A stretch of 44,532 nucleotides of DNA from Escherichia phage vB_EcoP-CC1. Where the stretch lies: the sequence record OX457022; one strand, given 5' to 3'. The position numbers and the translations under genes are program-made. The notes below the pieces were generated by a model. It was not told where the DNA came from. It ran no database searches and saw only the letters and a program-made list of their open reading frames with translations. Below, piece by piece: positions 19,426 through 27,333 of this stretch (within the stretch, counting starts at the first letter, position 1; each line of letters opens with the position of its first letter).

Positions 19426-22400
19426 TGAGTTATACATATACAGACCATGTAGCTAATGGCTCACAGGTTACATTCCCTTTTCGTTTTGCAGGCAGAGATA
19501 AGGCATACATTAGTGCGACAGATGTCCAAGTGGGTTTTGTAGAAGCAGGCACTTGGCTGCCAGCAACAGGTTGGACGCTAAGTGGCACCAATCAGATCAC
19601 TTTCTTAACCCCACCGACAGAAGGTAAACAAATACGAATCAGACGTATTGTAGATAAAATAAACCCATATGCTTACTTCGAGCGGGGTAATGTTTTAGAT
19701 ATTAACTCTTTAAATAACTCATTCATTAAGAACCTGCAAGTCAGTCAAGAAATCCTTGATGGCTTCTTCCCAGAAGGTTTCTACTTCAAGACAGACTTAG
19801 ACATGGGTGGTCATAAGATCATAAACCTACATGAAGGTTCGGAGTCAGGTGATGCTGTAAATTATGATCAGTTTAAAGAGTTATCAGACCGCGTTAATGA
19901 GATTGAGTCAGATTTAACAGGTTTATCTCACAGAACAGTACCTATGTATTATATTGCAACTGGCGGAGAGTCACGTTGGGAGATCGGTCACTGGACTTTC
20001 GACGCTGCAATATTATTTATTAATGGTATATTCCAGAACCAAAACCTAGGAGCTTTTACCATCAGCAACAACGGTTTTAACTTTGCAGAACCATTGCAGA
20101 AGGGGGATGAAGTATATGCCCTTGTAGGAAGCCGCATTGCAGCACCCGATGAGTATGTAACAATCTCTGACTTGAAAGACCCAGATAAAGCATGGAGGCT
20201 AATTGGACGTAAGTACCCATTTGCGACAGATGGAACTTTTATGTCAAAAGTGGTACATGATGTAGACTACTCCAATATCTTCATTGGAGCATCAGGACTT
20301 AGTCAAGGCTTCTGTATTGTAGACACTCCGCAAGGTGCTCGCATGTTCTTCCATCAACCTATCCCAAGCACTAATAAGGTTCGTTTCGTTGAAACAACCT
20401 TTAACCCTGAAGGGGATAATGAAAATCCTTCTGTTATTTCATTCAGCCAGGAACTGGATGATATTGGACACCAGACTGTGTGTGGTGTATATGAGGCGGG
20501 GGGTGTGCGTTTGTACACCTTGAGTGCAGATGAAAAATCTTATTATATCATAGATTGGTTAGGTAATAATACGTCTAATGCACATATGCGTAAGGTGCAG
20601 ATCCCTACGGAGGGTATCTACTCTAAGGACTTATTTGTCTCAGTGGGCATGTCAGAAGATACTAAAACGCTGGTATTCCATGCAACCACCAATACTCAGG
20701 CTTTTGGTAACAAGGATGATGCGAGAGCTATTTACCTCTTCGATAGAAAAACATTGGATTCAACCTCAACTAGAGGTCTTAAGCGTAGATTCGAAGTAGG
20801 AGCACCTGCTGCACCAGATATGGTCTTCCAAGGGGTTGCTTGTGATGACCGCTTCTTGTATATATATCAGGGATATAATGGTGTCCTGCTGTCTCACAAG
20901 ATCTCCGTCTTCACCCTCTCAGGGGAGCATGTACGGGATATTCCCGTTGATAGTGTGCGTGTAAAATATGGAGAAAGGATGTATGGTGACGAAACTTTAG
21001 GGTATCCTGTATTGCAGGAACCGGAAGGTTTGGCAATGTATAAAGGCAAACTTTATATGTTGTGTATGGATTTCTGGTACAAGAATGCAAGTGTAGTTAC
21101 TTTCGCTGGCAGGACTTTTGCTACAAGGAAATCTTCAGCGTTTTCTGGGTACAGTCCATTACAAGCATCATATTGGACACCTACGAACCTAATACCACCT
21201 ACGGGTGCACCAGAGTATAACAAGACTGCTACTTATTCCTGCTCTAATGCTACTAAGCTCAGTAAAGCTATTGTTAGCTTAGAAATAGATGATGGCACAG
21301 GCTTCCCTGCAAGTGTTGGGTGTTCTTTGCCAGAGAGTAGCGCCAGTGTATACCTAAACAACCGAGCGATGAATATGGCTATTGGCCCGAATGAAAACTT
21401 CCAGTTTGGGGTATTTCACCAGAACCTACAGTCATACAAAAACCTGTTACAGCTCAATAGAGAGAACCCAAATACGGATGGATCAGCGGCTGTGTGGAGG
21501 TTGTTCGGAGGTGCGTTCACAGATGACATTCAGAATGAAAGATTTGTTCAGATTAAGCATAGACTTAATCCCACACAAGATGCCATGGAGCTTCGTGCGG
21601 ATGTTGACCTTACGAGCGGTGGTGGGATTAACTTGTATTCTATGAACGACTCTGCCTCTCCTGGTCGAGTAAGGCTATATTGTACTGACGGGTATTCTTA
21701 TTGGTCAGCTCTACTGAGTCCTGTATCCCCATCTTTTCACCCTGATCAAGATAAGACTCTAAACTTAGGTACAGCAAACAACCGTTGGAACCTAGTCCAT
21801 TGTCAAGGTATCCGTATCATCTCTAACGACGAGTTACAGAAGCAAGTCTTTCTTGAAACTACCCGTAAAAAAGGTGCACTACAGATCTCCACTTCCGGCA
21901 ATCTAGGGGTGTGGGATAGTAGCGCAGGTACTTATGTTGTGGCAACCAGACCTGATGGTACAGGCTTTTCACAGGTAGAGATGAGCTTCAAAGGTGATGT
22001 TTTTCCTGAAATAAATAATACTTACAATTTAGGTCGTGAGAATAAGGCATGGGCTAATGCCTACTTTCAAAACGCACCGACTGTTGTCTGTGATGCCAGA
22101 CTTAAAACAGATGCTAGGGAGTTAACAGACGCAGAGAAATCCGCATTCTTAGAGATCTCTAAACTTCCGGCAGTTTGGCAATGGCTTGCTAAACTGGAAG
22201 TAGAAGGAGAGGATGCCCGCTTACACTCTGGATGTACTGTCCAAGCTGCTATCTCGGTTATGGAGAAACATGGCCTAGATTGGACTAAGTATAGTGCTTT
22301 CTGTTATGACAAATGGGATGCCAAGGAGGCTGTCTATGATATAGTGGATGGTAAGGCTATCCTTGTTGAAGAGGCAGTTGAGGCTGGCGACCGTTATCGT

Positions 22401-22508
22401 CTTCGTAGAGAAGAGCTGATGTGGTGGTGCATGAAGGCACAGAATGCTTGGATTGAATCTATTGAGGGGAGGCTGGCGAAATTAGAAGATAAACTCAAGG
22501 AGGTGTAA
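19425..22508 (+). CDS. Tail fibre/tailspike 1: T7 gp17-like N-terminal anchor, unassigned central domain, C-terminal S74-type intramolecular chaperone
   Basis: The N-terminus MSYTYTDHVANGSQVTFPFRF...GHKIINL...GDAVNYDQF fits the T7 tail-fibre N-terminal pattern. The C-terminus NLGRENKAWANAYFQNAPTVVCDARLKTD fits the G....W...Y.......SD.RLK junction, but with Cys in place of Ser. Confidence 0.85.
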   Translation: MSYTYTDHVANGSQVTFPFRFAGRDKAYISATDVQVGFVEAGTWLPATGWTLSGTNQITFLTPPTEGKQIRIRRIVDKINPYAYFERGNVLDINSLNNSFIKNLQVSQEILDGFFPEGFYFKTDLDMGGHKIINLHEGSESGDAVNYDQFKELSDRVNEIESDLTGLSHRTVPMYYIATGGESRWEIGHWTFDAAILFINGIFQNQNLGAFTISNNGFNFAEPLQKGDEVYALVGSRIAAPDEYVTISDLKDPDKAWRLIGRKYPFATDGTFMSKVVHDVDYSNIFIGASGLSQGFCIVDTPQGARMFFHQPIPSTNKVRFVETTFNPEGDNENPSVISFSQELDDIGHQTVCGVYEAGGVRLYTLSADEKSYYIIDWLGNNTSNAHMRKVQIPTEGIYSKDLFVSVGMSEDTKTLVFHATTNTQAFGNKDDARAIYLFDRKTLDSTSTRGLKRRFEVGAPAAPDMVFQGVACDDRFLYIYQGYNGVLLSHKISVFTLSGEHVRDIPVDSVRVKYGERMYGDETLGYPVLQEPEGLAMYKGKLYMLCMDFWYKNASVVTFAGRTFATRKSSAFSGYSPLQASYWTPTNLIPPTGAPEYNKTATYSCSNATKLSKAIVSLEIDDGTGFPASVGCSLPESSASVYLNNRAMNMAIGPNENFQFGVFHQNLQSYKNLLQLNRENPNTDGSAAVWRLFGGAFTDDIQNERFVQIKHRLNPTQDAMELRADVDLTSGGGINLYSMNDSASPGRVRLYCTDGYSYWSALLSPVSPSFHPDQDKTLNLGTANNRWNLVHCQGIRIISNDELQKQVFLETTRKKGALQISTSGNLGVWDSSAGTYVVATRPDGTGFSQVEMSFKGDVFPEINNTYNLGRENKAWANAYFQNAPTVVCDARLKTDARELTDAEKSAFLEISKLPAVWQWLAKLEVEGEDARLHSGCTVQAAISVMEKHGLDWTKYSAFCYDKWDAKEAVYDIVDGKAILVEEAVEAGDRYRLRREELMWWCMKAQNAWIESIEGRLAKLEDKLKEV

Positions 22509-22702
22509 TGATAAACTCCGAACTGGTAGATAATGGTGTGAAGCTGGCGCCACCTGCATTAGTCTCAGGTGGGTACTTCCTCGGTATCAGTTGGGACAAT
22601 TTGGTACTGATAGCAACATTCATTTATACAGTGTTGCAGATTGGCGATTGGTTCTATACTAAATATACAATATGGAGGAATAAGCATGAGCGTGCACAAT
22701 AA
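22508..22702 (+). CDS. Holin (T7 gp17.5-like)
   Basis: It is 64 aa with a hydrophobic core and basic tail. YTVLQIGDW compares with T7 gp17.5 YTVVQIG (recalled). It lies between the fibre and terminase genes. Confidence 0.6.
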   Translation: MINSELVDNGVKLAPPALVSGGYFLGISWDNLVLIATFIYTVLQIGDWFYTKYTIWRNKHERAQ

Positions 22703-22985
22703 ACATGCAGCCACAGAGGATGAAGTAGGCATCCTTCATGGCGCTATTACGAAGATGTTTAATAAGAAAGCACAGGCTATACTGGACACTATAGAAGAAG
22801 ACCCTGATTCTGCTATGCACTTAGTGTCAGGTAAGGATATTGGAGCCATGTGTAAGTGGGTTTTAGATAATGGCATTACTGCAACCCCTGCTGCACAGCA
22901 GGAAGAATCTAAGTTGTCTAAGCGTCTCAAGGCTATCCGAGAGGCGTCCAGTGGTAAGATCATTCAGTTTACTAAGGAGGATTAA
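22686..22985 (+). CDS. Terminase small subunit (gp18-position)
   Basis: GGAGGA precedes the ATG at 22686, directly upstream of the large terminase. Confidence 0.55.
   Translation: MSVHNKHAATEDEVGILHGAITKMFNKKAQAILDTIEEDPDSAMHLVSGKDIGAMCKWVLDNGITATPAAQQEESKLSKRLKAIREASSGKIIQFTKED
22777..22799 (+). promoter_or_regulatory. Intragenic near-consensus phage promoter (CTATACTGGACACTATAGAAGAA)
   Basis: Positions -13 to +5 are identical to the consensus, and it lies upstream of the large terminase. Confidence 0.5.
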
Positions 22986-24880
22986 TGGCTAAGGCAAGAG
23001 AATCACAAGCGGAGGCTCTTGCCAGATGGGAGATGCTACACGAGTTACAGCAGACCTTCCCTTATACGGCAGAAGGTTTGCTTCTCTTTGCTGATACAGT
23101 TATTCATAATTTAATTGCAGGTAGTCCTCATCTGATTCGTATGCAGGCAGACATCTTGAAGTTCCTATTCTATGGGCACAAGTATCGCCTCATCGAAGCG
23201 CCCCGTGGTATCGCTAAAACTACGCTGGCAGCAATCTATACGGTGTTCCGTATCATTCATGAGCCTCATAAGCGTATCATGGTTGTATCCCAAAACGCCA
23301 AGCGAGCAGAGGAAATTGCAGGTTGGGTGGTCAAAATCTTCCGAGGATTGGACTTCCTTGAGTTTATGCTACCGGATATATATGCTGGCGACCGTGCATC
23401 CGTCAAGGCATTTGAGATTCACTACACGTTACGCGGCAGCGATAAGTCGCCTTCTGTATCCTGTTACTCTATCGAAGCAGGAATGCAGGGTGCTCGTGCT
23501 GACATCATTCTAGCAGATGACGTTGAATCTATGCAGAATGCGCGTACAGCAGCAGGTCGTGCATTACTTGAGGAACTGACAAAGGAGTTTGAATCTATCA
23601 ACCAGTTTGGTGATATCATCTACCTTGGTACACCTCAGAACGTCAACTCAATCTATAATAACCTTCCGGCTCGTGGTTATTCCGTGCGCATCTGGACTGC
23701 TCGCTATCCTTCGGTAGAACAGGAGCAATGCTATGGTGATTTCCTTGCACCTATGATTGTGCAAGATATGAAGGATAACCCAGCATTGCGAACAGGCTAT
23801 GGTCTGGATGGCAACAGCGGCGCTCCTTGTGCGCCTGAAATGTACGATGATGATGTCCTGATTGAGAAGGAAATCTCACAGGGTGCTGCTAAATTCCAGC
23901 TTCAGTTCATGCTTAACACTCGCATGATGGATGCTGACAGATACCCATTGCGCCTAAACAATCTAATCTTCACCTCATTTGGTACAGAGGAAGTCCCTGT
24001 GATGCCTACGTGGAGTAATGATTCCATTAACATCATTGGGGATGCACCTAAGTATGGCAACAAGCCTACAGATTTCATGTATCGACCTGTGGCACGTCCA
24101 TACGAATGGGGTGCTGTTACACGCAAGATTATGTATATTGACCCCGCTGGTGGCGGTAAGAACGGAGATGAGACTGGTGTAGCCATCGTATTCCTGCACG
24201 GCACATTCATTTATGTGTATCAGTGCTTTGGTGTACCGGGCGGATACCGAGAATCTTCCCTGAATCGCATTGTGCAGGCCGCAAAGCAGGCAGGGGTTAA
24301 AGAGGTATTCATAGAGAAAAACTTTGGTCATGGCGCGTTTGAGGCGGTAATTAAGCCATACTTTGAACGAGAGTGGCCTGTGACACTTGAAGAGGATTAC
24401 GCAACTGGTCAGAAAGAACTCCGCATCATTGAGACGCTAGAGCCATTGATGACCGCGCATAGGCTCATCTTCAATGCGGAAATGGTTAAGTCAGATTTCG
24501 CTTCAGTACAGAACTACCCGCTTGAACTGCGGATGTCTTATAGTCTGTTCCATCAAATGTCGAACATCACTATTGAGAAGAACAGCCTTAGGCATGATGA
24601 CCGCTTAGACGCTCTGTATGGCGCTGTGCGTCAATTAACTTCCCAGATAGACTATGACGAGGTTACTCGAATTAATCGCCTCAGAGCGCAGGAGATGCGC
24701 GATTATATACAGGCGATGAATACACCTAAACTTCGTCGGGCTATGCTGTACGGCGATTATGGTGATGAGCGAAGAACAACCAACACCTCCTTAGCGATGC
24801 AGCAGCGGGTTTACGGTCAGAATTGGAGGAGCCGCTCTGGGTCTAGAAATACACTTTCCTCAAGGATTTCAAGGATTTAG
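22985..24880 (+). CDS. Terminase large subunit (gp19-like)
   Basis: It is 631 aa with a Walker A-like EAPRGIAKTT and ILADDVE, plus a strong SD. Confidence 0.9.
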   Translation: MAKARESQAEALARWEMLHELQQTFPYTAEGLLLFADTVIHNLIAGSPHLIRMQADILKFLFYGHKYRLIEAPRGIAKTTLAAIYTVFRIIHEPHKRIMVVSQNAKRAEEIAGWVVKIFRGLDFLEFMLPDIYAGDRASVKAFEIHYTLRGSDKSPSVSCYSIEAGMQGARADIILADDVESMQNARTAAGRALLEELTKEFESINQFGDIIYLGTPQNVNSIYNNLPARGYSVRIWTARYPSVEQEQCYGDFLAPMIVQDMKDNPALRTGYGLDGNSGAPCAPEMYDDDVLIEKEISQGAAKFQLQFMLNTRMMDADRYPLRLNNLIFTSFGTEEVPVMPTWSNDSINIIGDAPKYGNKPTDFMYRPVARPYEWGAVTRKIMYIDPAGGGKNGDETGVAIVFLHGTFIYVYQCFGVPGGYRESSLNRIVQAAKQAGVKEVFIEKNFGHGAFEAVIKPYFEREWPVTLEEDYATGQKELRIIETLEPLMTAHRLIFNAEMVKSDFASVQNYPLELRMSYSLFHQMSNITIEKNSLRHDDRLDALYGAVRQLTSQIDYDEVTRINRLRAQEMRDYIQAMNTPKLRRAMLYGDYGDERRTTNTSLAMQQRVYGQNWRSRSGSRNTLSSRISRI

Positions 24881-24881
24881 T

Positions 24882-24904
24882 ATTTACTGGACACTATAGG
24901 AGGA
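24882..24904 (+). promoter_or_regulatory. Phage RNAP promoter (ATTTACTGGACACTATAGGAGGA)
   Basis: It is a consensus match that begins 2 nt after the terminase stop. Confidence 0.85.
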
Positions 24905-25037
24905 AGACCAAGAGAGTAAAAGGAATATTATAGGATAATATAGGATTACCTAGGTTATATAGGTGTACCTTAGTATGGGTGTACTCCTGTACACCTATTC
25001 TTACTTGCTATTTACTTATACGTATAAGGAGTATTAG

Positions 25038-25319
25038 ATGGCTAATGATTATAGTAATCAGCCCTTAACTGGTCGCTATGACCGTAAACAGATTACACCA
25101 ACTAGTGAAGCATTAATGCTCCCTGTTGTTACAGAGGAGTCTATTAAGAAGAAAGCCAATGTTATCAATGATGCAACCAAATCTGGTAAACAGAAAGCAG
25201 CAATGGTGTGTCGTCCTGTAGGTGGCACTCTTGAGATTGCCATTGCTACTGGTAGCAAAGAGGATGCAGATTGGTTGTCTGTTAAAATGGATGGCGTTGG
25301 TTTTATTACACCGGCTTAA
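25038..25319 (+). CDS. SGKQ-module protein A (93 aa), unknown function
   Basis: It has a strong SD and is paralogous to the next two ORFs (see findings). Confidence 0.7.
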   Translation: MANDYSNQPLTGRYDRKQITPTSEALMLPVVTEESIKKKANVINDATKSGKQKAAMVCRPVGGTLEIAIATGSKEDADWLSVKMDGVGFITPA

Positions 25320-25336
25320 TAAAAGGAGAAGATAAT

Positions 25337-25624
25337 ATGTCTAAGTATGGCGATGCAGGTACGACTACTGGTCAGGCTTTTCGTGTAAAAGCAGTACAAA
25401 CTATTGCAACTGCAATCCCTATGCCTATCGTGGCAGAAGCTGACCTTAAAAAGAAAGATCATCCAATTAATATTGAACACCTATCTGGTAAGCAGAAAGG
25501 TGCTATGGTGGTTGTAGATAAAGGAGATAATAGCCTTTATATTGCTATTGCACGTGGTTCTGCACCAACTGACCAGTGGGATGTAACTACTATGGAAGCT
25601 GTACCTGTAACACCAGGAGCTTAA
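25337..25624 (+). CDS. SGKQ-module protein B (95 aa), unknown function
   Basis: It has a strong SD and is paralogous to proteins A and C. Confidence 0.7.
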   Translation: MSKYGDAGTTTGQAFRVKAVQTIATAIPMPIVAEADLKKKDHPINIEHLSGKQKGAMVVVDKGDNSLYIAIARGSAPTDQWDVTTMEAVPVTPGA

Positions 25625-25625
25625 T

Positions 25626-26315
25626 ATGCTGGGAGTAACAGGACAACGCAATAAGAATGTAGCCACCAAAGTAGTGGCTGATTTAGCTACTGCTGCTACT
25701 GTCGAGGAATTACGAGACACACATAACTCTATTAACCGTGCTGACCTTTCTGGTAAACAAGAAGGTTCTGTTGTTCTTGTTAAGAAAGAGGATGGCAACT
25801 ATTCTATCTTTGTAGCAACAGGTAGCAAGCCTACTGATGTTTGGAAAGAGTTGTCTCCAACAATACCAGAGCAAGAGATGCCTGCTGAATATATTGATAT
25901 GGTTGATATTCAAATTCATCAAGACTCTGCAAGTAACTTACGTATGGATTCTTCTCGCACGAGCTTAATACAAACACCAATGTGGGATACTGAAGGTGAA
26001 TTGCTATTCCGTAATACCCTGAGCGCAACATGTTCTTGTACCATTCTTGCTGACGGTGCATCTGGTGTTCGTCAGGATTTTAATTTTAAGATTAATGGAA
26101 TCTTAGAGCAAGAAGAGCAGTATTATGACATTGACACTCTTATGTGCTCTATTCATTCTGCAACAACAACTAATGGTCTTACACTGTGTATGCCAGATGT
26201 TAAGAGCGCAAAGACCAATAAGATGGTAGTAAAGGTCGACACTATGCAGTCATTAACAATGAGTTTTGATCTTAACTTCCTTGTTGAATGGACGTCACCT
26301 ACGAGGTTACTATAA
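25626..26315 (+). CDS. SGKQ-module protein C (229 aa: module plus a C-terminal domain of about 140 aa), unknown function
   Basis: The SD is AGGAG. The N-terminal 75 aa are paralogous to proteins A and B. Confidence 0.7.
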   Translation: MLGVTGQRNKNVATKVVADLATAATVEELRDTHNSINRADLSGKQEGSVVLVKKEDGNYSIFVATGSKPTDVWKELSPTIPEQEMPAEYIDMVDIQIHQDSASNLRMDSSRTSLIQTPMWDTEGELLFRNTLSATCSCTILADGASGVRQDFNFKINGILEQEEQYYDIDTLMCSIHSATTTNGLTLCMPDVKSAKTNKMVVKVDTMQSLTMSFDLNFLVEWTSPTRLL

Positions 26316-26659
26316 TGCTAAACGAATACTTCAAGCGTAAAGAATTTGCTTGCCGTTGTGGGTGCGGTACATCCACTGTTGATGCTGAGTTACTACAGGT
26401 AGTAACAGATGTGCGTGAGCACTTTGGTGCTCCTGTGGTTATTACTTCTGGTCATCGTTGCGCCAAGCACAATGCTAATGTAGGTAGAGCTAAGAACTCC
26501 ATGCATCTTACTGGTAAGGCTGCTGACATTAAGGTCACTGGTGTTAGCCCAATGGAGGTACGTGCGTACCTATGCAATAAGTACACTGATAAGTATGGCA
26601 TTGGTGCTTATCCTACTTTTACACATATCGACGTTAGAGGTAACAAAGCACGATGGTAG
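26315..26659 (+). CDS. Endolysin, zinc peptidase M15 family
   Basis: The start is a TAATG overlap. FACRCGCG...SGHRCAKHN...MHLTGKAADI...FTHIDV gives the H/D/H zinc ligand pattern of Peptidase_M15. Confidence 0.85.
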   Translation: MLNEYFKRKEFACRCGCGTSTVDAELLQVVTDVREHFGAPVVITSGHRCAKHNANVGRAKNSMHLTGKAADIKVTGVSPMEVRAYLCNKYTDKYGIGAYPTFTHIDVRGNKARW

Positions 26660-26767
26660 GTTGTGTTGCATGGTGTGAACGCATGGTTGCTAAGGCTTCA
26701 GAGGAAGGCAACTATGCAGATTGGCAGAACTATTCGACTTTATTAGCTCAATGGAAAGGGAGGTGCA

Positions 26768-26917
26768 ATGAAAAAGCTGTTTAAGTCTAAGAAGGTTGTA
26801 GGTGCACTAGTTGCACTAGCAATTGCCCTTGTTTCTGTAGGACTTGGTGTAGACCTTGGTTCTGGCACTGAGGGGTCTGTGACAGATGTAGTTTGCCAAG
26901 TAATTACTTGTGAATAA
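26768..26917 (+). CDS. 49-aa single-pass membrane protein (holin/antiholin-like or lysis accessory)
   Basis: GGGAGG precedes the ATG. The sequence is MKKLFKSKKVVGALVALAIALVSVGLGV.... It is not in the ORF track because it is under 60 aa. Confidence 0.5.
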   Translation: MKKLFKSKKVVGALVALAIALVSVGLGVDLGSGTEGSVTDVVCQVITCE

Positions 26918-27131
26918 ATTTCTTGAAGCACTTGCAGGTCTTATTGGCCTGCTTGTTGCAGCTAAGAAGAAACAGGAAGAGAAGGAGGCACAAAGTGAAG
27001 CGAATCATGTTGGTGATGACCCTGCTGATTGGTTCGCTAATCACTTCCGGGTGTCAGCAGGCGTTACCAGAGAAGAAGGGTGTGAAGCCGCTGAAGCCGA
27101 CGCTGACGGCAGTTTACGAAGTGGACGATAA
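26910..27131 (+). CDS. Putative i-spanin (Rz-like)
   Basis: It starts at a GTG. An N-terminal TM segment (FLEALAGLIGLLVAA) is followed by a charged region, and it overlaps the lipoprotein ORF. Confidence 0.45.
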   Translation: MNKFLEALAGLIGLLVAAKKKQEEKEAQSEANHVGDDPADWFANHFRVSAGVTREEGCEAAEADADGSLRSGR

Positions 27132-27204
27132 GGTCTGCTTCAGTAAGACTGACGCTACACAATTAGGTTTGTATATTCTTTCGCTAGAACGCGGGTATAA
27201 TTAA
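26995..27204 (+). CDS. Putative o-spanin (Rz1-like lipoprotein), overlapped architecture
   Basis: GAAGGAGG precedes the GTG at 26995 (ATG alternative at 27007). The signal peptide plus lipobox is MLVMTLLIGSLITSGC, and the mature part is proline-rich. Confidence 0.6.
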   Translation: MKRIMLVMTLLIGSLITSGCQQALPEKKGVKPLKPTLTAVYEVDDKVCFSKTDATQLGLYILSLERGYN

Positions 27205-27233
27205 TACATATCTTTATGTATCAATGTCCTACG

Positions 27234-27256
27234 ATTTACTGGACACTATAGAAGGA
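27234..27256 (+). promoter_or_regulatory. Phage RNAP promoter (ATTTACTGGACACTATAGAAGGA)
   Basis: It is a consensus match upstream of the second fibre gene. Confidence 0.85.
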
Positions 27257-27333
27257 GAGATAGTGCCGTTCATTTGAGCGGCCTATTACTAGCCAATCTT
27301 CATGGTGAGGGTTGGGAAGTAATAGGAGATAAC

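Noticed and set aside
27274-27333. The upstream start at 27274 for the second fibre gene (track ORF of 527 aa).
   Set aside because: It has no SD and lies within 20 nt of the promoter's +1. The ATG at 27334 has AGGAG at the proper spacing.
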